Source: Blepharisma stoltei ATCC 30299
Taxonomy: Eukaryota > Protista > Ciliophora
Assembly (NCBI GenBank): GCA_965603825.1
Contig: CBFDEM010000020.1
Span: 744,001 to 808,000 of the forward strand
Length of the DNA: 64,000 nucleotides
Direction of reading: 5' to 3'
Under the pieces are notes generated by a model. It did no database searches, was not told the origin of the DNA, and saw nothing but the letters and a program-made list of their open reading frames with translations. The translations under genes were made by a program, and so were the position numbers. Below are positions 1 to 12,591 of the stretch, one piece after another. How positions within the stretch are numbered: position 1 is the stretch's first letter; each line of letters opens with the position of its first letter.

Positions 1-1234
1 TAGAAGTGCAATAAGTTTTTAGGTCTTCGTAGGACATTTCTAAGTAGCAGTTATAAATCATTTCATGGCCGAAGTTTATAATTGGGGAGTCTGATGTCAA
101 AAGATCGGTATCTACACATTCACCTATAGTGCTTGCCCCTGAAAGAGGAAAACCACCTTCATATACGTTCATGGTGTTATTTGTTTCATTTTTATAGCCT
201 ATTATTAAAGGCTTTCCTGAAATATAACCAATATTCCCTGACCTTATCTGCAAGTCTGCAGTTCCAGTATAAAATTTGATTGAAAATTTCTGCTTGATCA
301 CAATTTGTTCACTAGGACAAGTCGTAGCTGAAAACCCCACATTTCCAATGACAATATTCACCCAAATCTCACTAGGTGTATCTTGAGCAGTATTTGTGTA
401 CACAATATAATTTGCTTCTAATAAAGCATTAGAGCAAAGGCAATTAGCAAAAGTTGTTGTAGCTGTGGTTTGGTCATATTTACGAATACTTTCGTCATCA
501 AGATTTCTAAACGTGATATTTCCTATTGTAATGCTGATATGGTCAGAGTTGCTAGGATAAGGCTGCTTTGAAATAGAGAGGCCTGAAACATAAGTAACAT
601 AATTTAATTCAGTATTGCATAATGATTCTAAGCTAGATGCCATTATTGTCCTTGTACAAGAGTCAAAAGTCTGTGAGTATAACCAACTTGCAGAGTTCAT
701 ATTATTGCATTCTCCAAAAGAGTCAGCAGAAGGCAATGATCATACTCCACTATAAGAATTAACAAGAGCTGCCATGCTGTCTCCAGGAGAAAAAGCATTG
801 CCAGTCGCATTTGGCTGATTAAAATAAATTAAGTCAGAATATTCAGTTGACTTTTCAAGACGGTCTGAGATTGTGCTGGAGTCAATGCTGCTTTCATCAA
901 CTGAGTCATAAGTGTTGAACTGGTCAGGGGAGTTATCATAATAAATGCATAATAAATTGTTAATTGAATCGGTCGCGACTTGCATTGCTCTTCTTCCATT
1001 GTCTATTGAGTGTTTTTGGTTATTTTTGCACCGAGTAGGGTAATTTGTGAATTTTTCAGGTGCACATAGATTATTGCTTGAACTTTGTCATAAACTTATT
1101 ACTGATGAAGAACAGTCAGGATCACAGCAGCAAAAAGCGTCACAGGACTCCGCAGTTAGGTCACAAATGCAGCTACCAGTTGCAGTTTTAAAGCACCCTA
1201 AAACCAAAATTGCCGCTAATTTAATTGAAATCAT
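1..1234 (-). CDS. TCTN: Tectonic family ciliary transition-zone protein (3' partial)
   Basis: ATG at 1234. Signal-peptide-like MISIKLAAILVLG, then CICDLTAESCDAFCCCDPDC (tectonic Cys motif) and later RSGNIGYISGKPL. Open through TGA=Trp codons and in frame with ORF 740..985. Confidence 0.88.
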
Positions 1235-1278
1235 TATTTAATTTAGCACAAATCATACAATATATTTACTTAAGACTC

Positions 1279-2272
1279 TTATTTTTTGAATTTTGCCCTT
1301 GACAACTACATAGAAAATTACCTTAAAATCAATATAAAGCGAGTGCAAATGTCCGACTAAAACACTCAGCCAGCTAAAAGTGAGGTCTAATAATAGATGA
1401 TTCCTAGAAAGTCCTCCTAAAGAGCTTATTCTCAAAAAGCTATAATAATCATGACTTGTTATATGAAAATCACCTGCAGATATTCCATTAAGTAAAATCT
1501 CACACACAGTTTCATGCCTCATTGGAGGGCCTTCTAAGTCTTCAATTTCTTTGGTGCAGGACTGCTTATGCTGATAATATCCAGGTGTGTCCATCGGTCC
1601 AGGAGAAAATAAATATACTTTTACATTGTATCGGGCAAGTTCTGGCCTGATTTCATTCGCCAAACACGATACAGCAGCTCTTGATGCCGCCCATGCACAA
1701 GAGCCAGGGATTGGCAAATACGAATGGGCAGACCCTACCAAGCATATATGTCCCATCCTTATCTTGCTCATCCTTTTGGCTACAGGCATGACTGTATTAA
1801 TAGTTCCTAAATAATTTGTTTCCATCATTTCTTTGAACTTATTCAAGCCAGTTTCTAAAAAATATCCACCTGAAATATTCCCAGCAAATGCAAAACATAA
1901 GAAAATTTCTCCAAATCGATTTTCCGCCCTTTCAATGACAGCTTCCATCTTTTCTGCATTGCTTATATCAACATCAAAAACTTGGACATATTCGCCTTGG
2001 CCTGAATTATCAACGCCTCTGCAGATTTTTTTTGCGGTATCAATTAAGGTTAGCTTGTCACGAGCTATGAGAGTCAATTTTGCACCTTTCATGAAGCATT
2101 CTTGGGCAAGCTCTCGACCTAGGCCAGAACTTGCTCCAGTGATTAAGACGTGCTTGTGATTTAAGTTAAGAGGCCTGAACTGGCCACGAATGTAGAAGTA
2201 GAGCCTGAGACAGAAAATTGTGATAGCAATTGCAACTGCGTAGATAGTAAATCCGCTGCTTTCCTCTTCCAT
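1279..2272 (-). CDS. KDSR: Short-chain dehydrogenase, 3-ketodihydrosphingosine reductase-like
   Basis: N-terminal TM helix, TGASSGLG Rossmann motif, NYLG, C-terminal hydrophobic segment. Splicing the 16-nt intron 1306..1321 gives ...DFKLSRAKFKK* with TAA at 1279-1281. Catalytic YxxxK appears as WAASR. Confidence 0.7.
1306..1321 (-). other. 16-nt spliceosomal intron
   Basis: GTAATTTTCTATGTAG, A at -6. Confidence 0.7.
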
Positions 2273-2890
2273 TTTATAAAGTTAGGTAGGTCATCATATT
2301 GGGATTGGTCATTAAGCTCAACATATTAAATAATTTTATTGGAGTTTTGGGTATAGGAGATTAGATGAAAAATGCATTTAGAAATAATTTTTTCCATTTT
2401 GTTGGAAAAGGATGAAGGGTTTTGGAAATATTAGGTTTTGACAATTTTAATTGTAGGAGCAGATAAATTATTAGTGTGGTTTTATTGTTTTCATTATTAA
2501 ATCAATTTTTGATGGAGATTACAATTTTATTAAATAGGATATGCTTATAATTGTGTAAGAATTGCATTCATCAGTATAAGAAATTAGACTGCTATTAATT
2601 TTAATTCAGAGAGATATCAAATATATTTTCAAGGAAAATTATAATTTATCTCTAATGCAAAACTAATTATTATTGTTATTAAAAAATTCCATATTCCATC
2701 AGGCATTTTATTATCATATCCATCAATAATTTATTCTAATAAGGCAATTCCAATAGATAACCTCAGCTTATGCTGCTTTAAACTCCAAATTTTTAATAAT
2801 CTCTGCAAATTTTTAATTAATTAAATTAGAAAATTAATATGAAAATCCTATTCAGATTGCCTGACAATATTCATTGGCCATAAAATAAAG

Positions 2891-5695
2891 ATGGCAGGGA
2901 GATTATACAGCTCAGGGATTTTTTTAGAAGGCGGAATCCAGCCAAAGCTCGTCAAAGAGAGGTTCTCCCGAAATGAAGTGCAATGCCAGCGCTGCTATCG
3001 GCCCGAATTCACAACTAACCAGCGAGGCGAAGAAGCAAACGAAAAAATTTGGGAACTTATGGCAGAGTACAAAAACACTGAAAAAGACACCATCCAAAAA
3101 TCAATTGTGAACCACGTCGAATACACGCTTGCAAGGACCAGGTTTAATTTCGATAAGAACACTTGCTTCAGAGCAGTCGCTCTATCTGTCAAAGATAGGC
3201 TGATTGAGAGCTGGAATGATACTCAGCAATCATTTACTGCAGAAGACTCTAAAAGAGTTTACTATATGTCAATTGAGTATCTTATTGGGAGATCTCTACA
3301 AAATGCATTAGTAAACTTAAGCTTGGAGCATGGGTATAGAGAAGCTGTACAAGAAATGGGATTTAAGCTGGAAGAGCTATATGAAGAAGAGGTAGATCCA
3401 GGACTTGGAAATGGAGGACTTGGAAGACTCGCAGCTTGTTTTTTGGACTCAATGGCCACTTTAGATTACCCAGCCTGAGGGTATGGTATTAGATATGACT
3501 ATGGAATATTCCGCCAGATGATCTTAAAAGGCTACCAAGTTGAGATGCCTGATTATTGGCTATCACAAATGAACCCTTGGGAAATTGAACGATCAGATGT
3601 CACATATGATATCCATTTCGGGGGAAGAGTTGAAAAAAGATTAGAAAATGGCATCGAAAAAGCCACCTGGTACCCTGTAGAAACCATTAAAGCTGTGGCT
3701 TATGACAATCCGATACCAGGCTACGACACTTTTAACACCATTAATTTAAGGCTTTGAAAATCTTTTCCGACCAATGAATTTGATTTTCAATCTTTTAACC
3801 AAGGAGATTATTTTAGAGCTATTGAGTCCAGACAAAAAGCAGAATATATCACTTCAGTTCTCTACCCAAATGATAGTACTATAGCTGGCAAAGAACTCAG
3901 GCTTCGTCAGCAGTACTTTTTTTGTAGCGCTTCAATACAAGATATCATGCGCAGATTTTTGAAGCGGAAAAGGTCCTGGGATGAGCTTCCTGAAAAAATT
4001 GCGATTCAGCTAAATGACACACATCCTGCAATTTCCATTCCTGAGCTGCTGATGATCCTTGTTGATAAACATGGATTAGATTGGCCGACGGCGTGGAATA
4101 TTTCTTATAAAATTTTTGGCTACACAAATCATACTGTCATGTCTGAAGCTCTAGAAAAATGGAGTGTAGATCTTTTTGGGAAATTACTGCCAAGGCATTT
4201 GGAGATTATTTACACAATAAACCACATTTTTATGAATCAGATAACAGCCAGGTATCTGAATAGCCCCAAGCTTCACGATATGATGGTCGATATGTCTATG
4301 ATTGAAGAATCAAAGCCCAAAATGGTGCGTATGGCAAATCTTTCTATTATAGGCTCTCATGCTGTCAATGGAGTTGCCAAGCTCCACACAATGCTTCTGA
4401 CTGACAAGCTTTTTGAAAAATTCAATGAGTATTTTCCTAATAAATTCCAAAATAAAACAAATGGGGTCACTCCAAGAAGATGGATCCATTGCTCCAACCC
4501 TGAACTTTCTAATCTTTATACTCGTTATCTTGGCTCTTCCTCATGGCTCACAAACCTACATGAGACAAGAAATCTTTTAACTCACCATGAAGACCCAGAA
4601 TTTAGAAACTCATTTAAAGAAATTAAAATGAAAAATAAAGAAAGACTTGCAAAATGGATTGAAAAAGAATGCGGAGTTATTGTACCTGTGGATGCTATGT
4701 TTGATGTTATGGTAAAAAGATTTCATGAATATAAGCGGCAGCATTTGTTAGCATTTTATATGATTTATAGATATCTTAAGCTAAAAGAAATGACTGTTGA
4801 TGATAGGCAGAGGCAAGTTAAAAGGGTTTTTATGATTGGAGGAAAAGCAGCGCCTGGGTATATTACAGCGAAAAGGATTATCAAGCTGATTACTTCTATT
4901 TCAGAAGTCGTCAATAATGACGAAGATATTGGTGACATAATGAAAGTTATTTTCCTTCCAAACTATAACGTATCCAATGCCCAAGTTATAATTCCCGCTG
5001 CAGATTTGACTCAGCAGATTTCTACTGCAGGGACTGAAGCTTCAGGCACCAGCAATATGAAATTCGTTATGAATGGAGCTATTATTGTAGGAACAATGGA
5101 CGGCGCCAATATCGAAATCGTCCAAGAAATAGGAGAAGAAAATGCTTTTATATTCGGAGCCCGGATTCATGAAGTGGAAGCCTTAAAAACAGCTCATGAA
5201 ACAGCTATACCTGAGCTCCAAAAAGTATTTGATGCAATTAGACGTGGAAATTTTGGAAACCCAAAGGAGCTTTCAGTAATTGCTGATAACGTAGAAAACA
5301 ATGATTATTATCTCCTTAAGCATGATTTTATATCTTATATAGAAATTCAGGACAAAATAGATGAGGTTTATAGAAACTATGACCAGTGGCTAACTATGAC
5401 TATTCTAGGGGCACTGCAAATGGGGAAGTTTTCAAGTGACAGAACGATTACTGATTATGCAGAAGAAATATGGGATATTGAAGCTGTGCATTTACCAAGG
5501 CCTGAAACTCAAATTCCGAAGATCAAAAGCAAGCCACATTTAGTACCGGCAGTTAAAGATATTGATGAAAGAAGACAAGAAAATGCTGAATCACAGGAAA
5601 ATATATTGCAGAGCATCCCTATTAATCAGCTGGAAGCAAGTTTACAAAAGCCTGACGACATAGAGAAGATTCCAAGATACTTTTACACGCTTTAA
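2891..5695 (+). CDS. PYG: Glycogen/starch phosphorylase (GT35)
   Basis: GLGNGGLGRLAACFLDS, A(W=TGA)GYGIRY, LRL(W=TGA), QLNDTHP, KRFHEYKRQ, EASGTSNMK (PLP Lys). One frame through TGA at 3476 and 3755. Confidence 0.97.
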
Positions 5696-5891
5696 TAGAA
5701 TCCTTTATTCAAACTTTCTTTCTTGCTATTAAATTCATCATGCATTACTATTAATTCATTATCACTTTTCTTTCGTTTATTAGTATTAAATTTTATTTAT
5801 TTAGTACACAAGATAGTAATGCAATAATTGCATAATCTTATTATATAAATACTCCCTTAATTTATCGAAATGGAGGGATGACAAAATTTAA

Positions 5892-6260
5892 ATGGTAGAC
5901 ACACCTTTCACTCCTTTCACACCTCATACCCCAAGGCCTGCTCTGGGAGATATTTCAAATCACAAACTGCTTTTTAGTGCATACAAAACACCTTTACAGT
6001 TGCCACTCCCTGAATCCGAAGAAGAAATCAAAGGACAAATTCATTTGAATTTAGACGAAATTGAAGAAATCACCCAGGAGAGCTTAGGAATTCAGCTTGA
6101 AAGTCCTATTGAATCCCCTAGAATAAGCATAATCCCTGATAGTATTATAGAAATTGATGAAAACGATGTGTTCGAAGATCTCGACTTTGAAATTGTACAA
6201 AATGAAATTGATCGTTATTTAGATACAAAACCTGATTTATTTCCTAGCATAATTGATTAA
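5892..6260 (+). CDS. Small acidic protein with D-box (securin-like candidate)
   Basis: 122 aa; repeated TP sites, RPALGDISN destruction box, acidic C-terminal half; TAA stop. Confidence 0.6.
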   Translation: MVDTPFTPFTPHTPRPALGDISNHKLLFSAYKTPLQLPLPESEEEIKGQIHLNLDEIEEITQESLGIQLESPIESPRISIIPDSIIEIDENDVFEDLDFEIVQNEIDRYLDTKPDLFPSIID

Positions 6261-6324
6261 ACCTAGTTAATCAAGCTATTTGTTTTATCAAATAAATTAT
6301 TAAGCACAAATTTAAATTTTTTAT

Positions 6325-7782
6325 ATGGAGCTTAACACTTCGATGATCCCAATAAAGGCTGAAATTGAGCAGCTTCGCAGATTTTTGACGACTTCGCTAT
6401 CTAAAAAGGCTGAAACTAAAGACATAGAGAAATTTATGTCAACTTTGGCTCAAAAAGCAGACCACGAGCCTACAATTGAGCTGATTGAAAAAACTAAATC
6501 AGAGGCTAAAGAGCTCATTGGTGAGTGCTTAAGAGATTTGAAAATAGAAAAAAGAAAAAGAATTGAAGAAATGATAGAAATAAAGAGAAGTCTTGAAGAA
6601 GAAATGCACTATATTAGAGAGCAAATGATTAAAGTAATAGAAGACAGAAAAAAAGAGTCAGATGAGCACAGAAAGCTCATAATGCAAGAAACAGCATTTT
6701 TTAAGACTGAAACTCAAAAAGAAATGACCACGATAATTGAAAAATTCAATGATTTAGAAGTCGCTAAAAACCTTCAAAAAGGAAAAATTGATTCATTAGA
6801 GAGATCAGTAGATTTGATGAAGGAAACAAAAGTAGACGTAAAGGATTATACTGAAATTAATACTGATAATAAAAAAGAGATATTTTTATATATTGAAGAG
6901 CTGGAAGACCAAATTAAAGATAATTTATTGAAAATTGAAGCTGACCTTGAAAAGTCTCTAGAAAATAAAGTAAGTGTAGCTGAGCTCTTTAAAGTGCTCG
7001 AGCCTAAGGTAGATGTCAGCATTTTCAATAATTTTTTGGCTCAAAAAGCAGACCAGCAAGACTTTGAAAATCTTTTAACTAGCCTTGATCATTTGCAAGC
7101 CGAAATTCAAAAGAAAAGTAATTTGCACGATCTTAATGCTCATATTTCATACACTAAAACAGCTCTTGAAGAAGTGGCAAGAGATATGCTTGTAAAAGCA
7201 AATATTAAAGATATGTGCACCTTGCTTGATATGAAAGCAAACGTTGATGATGTCAATAAAATCTTAAGCGATATTCATAAAGAACTTGACTCAAAAGCAA
7301 GAGGTGACAACTTTGCATCATACATAAATGAACAGCAAGGAATAATAGAAGCACTATGTGCTGAAAATTGTGTCGCAAGATGAATATGAAAGTCAGGAGA
7401 ATTAGATGGAAATAGCTGTGTGCCATGGGAAGTTCAAAGCGTAAATACTGCTCCAGATAATTATATGTGGGAAAAAGATAAAGCTGTGTTAACTGTGGTA
7501 GCGCCTGGGCTGTATGAAATTATGATTGGATTTTATGCAAGAAAAAAGCCAACTATACAGATTTTAGTTAATGGTGAGCCAATTTTAACAGCAATAAATT
7601 CAGCAAGTTATGCAGTTCATCATAGTTCAGGAAAATTGAGATCTGTAGGAAATCATTCTAATGGAAATATTGCTGGGCTTACATTGATTGATTTTATAGC
7701 TCTTCCTGCAAGAGCTAGAATAACAATTATTTATAATGGAGAGCTGCATGCTGAAGGATTTTTAGGATTAAGAAAATTATAA
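6325..7782 (+). CDS. Coiled-coil protein with C-terminal beta-rich (C1q/TNF-like) domain
   Basis: ORFs 6325..7383 and 7420..7782 join through TGA-ATA-TGA (AR-W-I-W-KSG). C-terminus has WEVQSVNTAPDNYMW...APGLYEI. Confidence 0.75.
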
Positions 7783-7961
7783 TGTGGATAATAAGATAAA
7801 TTCGTCATACTTTCATTTTGCATAAAAGATTGGAAAGCTGTCACATTAAAAGACTATTATAAATGATAGTTTTTAGATCAGAAGAAATTACAAAATATAT
7901 TTATTATCGAAAAATCATTTAAGATACCTCTGAACTGTTTATAATTTCTTAGCGCCAAAAA

Positions 7962-10163
7962 ATGGTAAAAACACAAAAGGCTCCAAATGCAAAAAATTCT
8001 AAACAAAATAGTAAAAAGAAGCTTGATGCTGACCCATTGCAAACAAAAATACCATTTACTGTTAAATCTTCCAAACCTACTTCAAAGACATGCATTAAAT
8101 GCAAAGAAATTGGCTCGCTCATTTCTTGTAAAAAATGCGCTGGATCATTTCATTTAGCTTGCCTAGGTTTGTCAGAAAATCAAGTTACATTTACTAATTG
8201 AATTTGTGTTGAGTGTTTGGGATCATATGATAAGCAATTATCAACTGAGGCAAAACAGCACTTAACTTTACAAAAAAAGGAAAAAGAAAGTTTTTCAGGG
8301 AAAATCTTTAATAAATTGTCAGAAATCAAAGAAGAAACACAAATCCAAAAATTCAAGAATAAATATCCTGAGTACATTAAAGGCGATAAGATTAATTACC
8401 CTATTCCAGATGAGCTATTATGAGAAAACCAAGGAATACATGAGATTTCATTAAAAGAAAAGCCAATCCCAAATAAATCTCATATTGACCCTAAAATCTT
8501 GGGCAATATTTTATTTATTTGTGATTTTCTCTATACCTTTAAAGAAATTCTCCAAATTGATCCAATTAGCTTTGAGGACGTTTACAAAGGATTATCATCC
8601 AAATACGAAAACGAAATTTCCAAAAAAGTTCACGTTTCCTTACTAAGACCTATCTTGCAGCATATGGCAAGAAAAGAAAACACTGATAAATCCATTAACC
8701 GAGGCCTAAGCTATCTTCTTTATAAATCATCCAAAATAATTGACTTGGATGATATCTTAGATTCCTCATATCTTGTTATATATGATTATGCATTGTTTTC
8801 AGGGTTATGAAAAGAAATTATTGAAAGTGCTGGCATCGAAGCAAATGAGTCTTTAAAAGCTTACCCCTTGCTTTCTCAATATAACACAAACTACTCAATT
8901 GAAGATAAAATCCAGCTGATCTCAACCCTCATAATTATTTTGCTTGATTCCTTAGCTTTTTATCAAGAAATCACTGATAGAATTGAAAATTTATCCAACC
9001 TTAAGAAAGAAAAACATGAAATTAATGCTCAACTGAGAGCCATCCAAAAATCACACCCAGAAAAATCACAAAATAAAGAAGAGCTACAATTGCAAGACAG
9101 ACTTAAACAAATATTAGGAGAAATTAAAGAAATTAAAACGAGGACAGAATGCATTGGAAAGGATAGGGATTATAATGAATATTTTATTTTTCCATGGGAA
9201 AAAAGATATATTTTTGTTAAATGCTATAAGCCGATTGAAGATGGAAAGGAATCTGAATCAGGGTATTGGTATTATTATGATAAGAAAAAAGAAGTTAATA
9301 AATTACTAAAATACTTTAATAGTAAGGGTGAAAGGGAAGCAAAACTTACTGAAGCTTTAAATAAAGCTCTTGAAGGCCTTGAATTAACAGAAGATGGACT
9401 CAAATTTTCATCAAAAAGCGAGGAGGTGGAACATTCAGATTTAGAATCAATAATTGAGCTTGAAGACCCAACTGAAGATCTAAAATCCAAGCTCAAAAAG
9501 TTATATGTCTTAATGAAAAATAATCTTGGAGTATGCAACTCGGAAATTGAACTTATACTCAATGAAGAAACAGCCAGTGCAGAATCAATTAAAAAATATT
9601 TCAAAGCAATTTCAGAAATTACAGGCTGCGAACAAATGCTTCAAGAGTCAGATGAAGAAAAAGAAAAAGAAGAAGAGCCTTCAAAGCATAGAAAAATTGA
9701 GCTCCAGATATGGTCAGACTTTAGCGATATTCAATACTACTGGTCCCAATACTTAGAAGAAGCCAAAGACACTCACGAGTTTTTCATCTGCTATCATATT
9801 TTAGCAGAAATTGTCAAAAAATATATAAAAGAGCACCAGCATCACCCAACCCTAAGAGAAGAAAATTCATATAATCTTGCAAGAAAATCTTATAGACTAG
9901 CCAGGCTAAGTAAAATTAAGCATTATGAAGAAGATCGCAACCAAGCGCAGGATGATGAATGCTTTATTTGTGGAGAAGATGACGGAACTTTGCTATGCTG
10001 TGATGGCTGTCCAAAAGTGGTTCATCAAGAGTGTGTTATGCTTGAAAAAATCCCAGAAGGAGATTGGTATTGCAATGAGTGTGTTGAAAAAGCAAATGCA
10101 ATGAGAATGACAAGAGGGAGATTGAAGCTATCAAAGCTTAGAGATAATTTATCAAATAATTAA
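7962..10163 (+). CDS. PHD-DDT-WHIM/WSD-PHD chromatin remodelling subunit (ACF1/BAZ1-like)
   Basis: N-terminal PHD (CIKC..CKKC..FHLAC..W(TGA)ICVEC), DDT (ILFICDFLYTF), WSD (IGKDRDYNEY..WYYY..GEREAKL), C-terminal PHD. Joined through TGAs at 8199, 8421, 8808. Confidence 0.85.
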
Positions 10164-10213
10164 TGAAATTTATTAATAATTTTTATAATTTATTAACAAA
10201 ATAGTTTTGTCAA

Positions 10214-10879
10214 CTAAATATTTCTGACCGCCAAAGCAGGCCGCGGATGGATATTACTTCTATTAACTCTGCCTTTAGAAATGATATTTATTTTTTTCTG
10301 GACAGATAAATAGTCTTTGCAAGCTTCAGTTTTGTCTTGCTCAGAAAAGAATTCAGTGTTTTCTGATGATGTAATATTTTTAATCTGCTTCATGTAAGTT
10401 TCCTGGCATCTTTTAAAAAGGGAGTTTGTGCATTCTTTTTCTTTGCTAAATATTGTTGAAATATGCTTAGATATAGACTCTACAAAGGTTTGATTAACAT
10501 CTTTAGGGCTTAAATTCCCTCTAGACACTGCTGTCGAAATAGTCCCTCTTTTCGCTGAACTTGTTCCTGAGCTGGTAAAAAAATCGGATTCGTTAAGAGA
10601 TCTTCTCTTCATTATTTTTCTTAATCCGATTTTCGCTTCTCTAATCATAAGTTTATTTCTCAAAGGCGACGTATTTTTATATTCTTTTTCAATGTGGAGA
10701 TGAGGCAAAGGTGGTCTTTGGGCTATGATTTGCCTTGGCTGCATTTTACTTAAGTTGCAAGGCTGCGGCTTTTTGTATAAGTAGAAAATGTCATGAGGCA
10801 TCAAGCCTGAGTTCTTCTTAGCTTCTTCAACTAAATCTTTAAACGAAGGCCTCGGAGCGCTTTTCGATCTATCAGTCAT
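10214..10879 (-). CDS. Hypothetical basic protein
   Basis: 221-aa ORF, ATG to TAG, coding-like composition. Confidence 0.6.
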   Translation of the reverse strand: MTDRSKSAPRPSFKDLVEEAKKNSGLMPHDIFYLYKKPQPCNLSKMQPRQIIAQRPPLPHLHIEKEYKNTSPLRNKLMIREAKIGLRKIMKRRSLNESDFFTSSGTSSAKRGTISTAVSRGNLSPKDVNQTFVESISKHISTIFSKEKECTNSLFKRCQETYMKQIKNITSSENTEFFSEQDKTEACKDYLSVQKKINIISKGRVNRSNIHPRPALAVRNI

Positions 10880-10967
10880 TTTTAACGGATCAATATAGAT
10901 AACTCGTTAATTTACTTTTTTCTTATTTATTTATAATAAAATTAGGTGAGAAAATAATTAATGAATT

Positions 10968-12092
10968 TTATTGAAAATAGTAGCCTGGACATAGACAATT
11001 GTTAAGCATCTGGCGGCATTTCAAACAGATTACATAATTGCAAGTCTGACAATGCACTCTCTCAAGTCCATCCCTCACCTGGATGAAATCACGGCAAACA
11101 GGACAATTTTGATAGGTTACAGATGCAAATCCACAAGTGCATTCATTTCTTTTGCTTTCACAAATAGAACAATAATAAATATTGCATCTATCACAATAAT
11201 GGAGTTTAGAATTTGGCACTGATCTTATTATTCTATAGCAGTGTTTGCACAATTTATTTTGTGGAGGTTTGGCTTTTGGCTTTGGGTTGCAGCTGCATAG
11301 ATTTTTCAGTGTCTTGCAGCGGCCACATATTAAGTATTTGCATTTTGGGCACATTGAGTCAACATCAGTTAGTTCGAAAATTTCAGAGCAGAGATTATTA
11401 GGGCATTTTATGATATTTCCGAACTCTCCTTTTAAGAGCCTTTTTTTGAAGGCATAGTCATTGTATATTTTCATTAACTCATTGGATACGTGATTTTGAA
11501 TATCGGCTGGCTGAATACTTTTTTTGCAATTATCTTGAGGGCAGAGGATATCAACAATTTCAGCATTTATTTGGCTTTCAAAGTAACTATTTAAGCAAAC
11601 TCGATGAAAATAGTGAGTGCATGACCTTAAGGAACACCTATTTTCTAAAGGTATGTTGCCTGTGCAGTAGCCGCAATTTGGACCTTTCGGGATTTCAATC
11701 GGCTCAGGAGGGAGTCTTATAACTGGAGCAGGAGGCTTGACTATTGCTGGCGGTCGTGGGATTATAATTGGAATTTCCATAGGACTTGGAATTACAACTT
11801 CTGGCGGAGGCTTAATTGGGATTTTGACTAGAGGCAAAGAATTCAGCATTTCATTTGCCTCACCGATGCTTCCCTGATAAAGCTTGGACTCTATTTTATA
11901 TTGGTTTTCTGCAGATATAGCTCCTGCTTTGACTGATTCGTAGAGTCTATTTATAAAGGTGTAGATGACTTGCGTTCCTAAAAATGTTTTTGTTCTCATG
12001 CACCCAGCTAAGTAAACTGCTCGTGGCTGAAGATTAGTTGAAATTTGGTTTATTGTATTTAACTCTCTGATGATTTCTTCGTCAGATATCAT
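10968..12092 (-). CDS. RBR-type RING1-IBR zinc-finger protein
   Basis: Pro-rich linker, RING1 (CGYC..CTHYFHRVC..CPQDNC), three IBR/RING2-like Cys clusters. Confidence 0.85.
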   Translation of the reverse strand: MISDEEIIRELNTINQISTNLQPRAVYLAGCMRTKTFLGTQVIYTFINRLYESVKAGAISAENQYKIESKLYQGSIGEANEMLNSLPLVKIPIKPPPEVVIPSPMEIPIIIPRPPAIVKPPAPVIRLPPEPIEIPKGPNCGYCTGNIPLENRCSLRSCTHYFHRVCLNSYFESQINAEIVDILCPQDNCKKSIQPADIQNHVSNELMKIYNDYAFKKRLLKGEFGNIIKCPNNLCSEIFELTDVDSMCPKCKYLICGRCKTLKNLCSCNPKPKAKPPQNKLCKHCYRIIRSVPNSKLHYCDRCNIYYCSICESKRNECTCGFASVTYQNCPVCRDFIQVRDGLERVHCQTCNYVICLKCRQMLNNCLCPGYYFQ

Positions 12093-12591
12093 CGGCTGTA
12101 TTTTTTATTATTCTAATCAATAATTTTAGAATTTTTATTATATTTTATGGTATTTTGCTGCAGGTCTTGCTACTCCTAATAAGCAATTGGCTTATTAGTA
12201 TCAAGATATATGAGAAAATTAAAAGAGGTTCTTATTTTATTATTGGTTAAATTTCGAGTAGCAGTTACAGTTATATTTTCATTTAGATAATAAGAAAGCC
12301 ATTATTAGAATATATAAGCCAGCATAAATGCAATGCTGTTATAAGTCAAGCCAAATTTTGCACGATAAATATTTTTCTAATAAACTCAATAAGAACACAT
12401 ATTAAATATGAATAATTTATGTTGTTAATTTTTAAAGTGTATAATTATATATACCATTATAAATTATATTTAAGTCTAATTGCTTAAAATGTAACTAATA
12501 TTATTATTAGCTTATTTATGCGATGCCTATAGATTTATCATTTAGTGCTTAATTATTCAGATTTGGTCTAAAACAGTTTACTTAATCTCTA

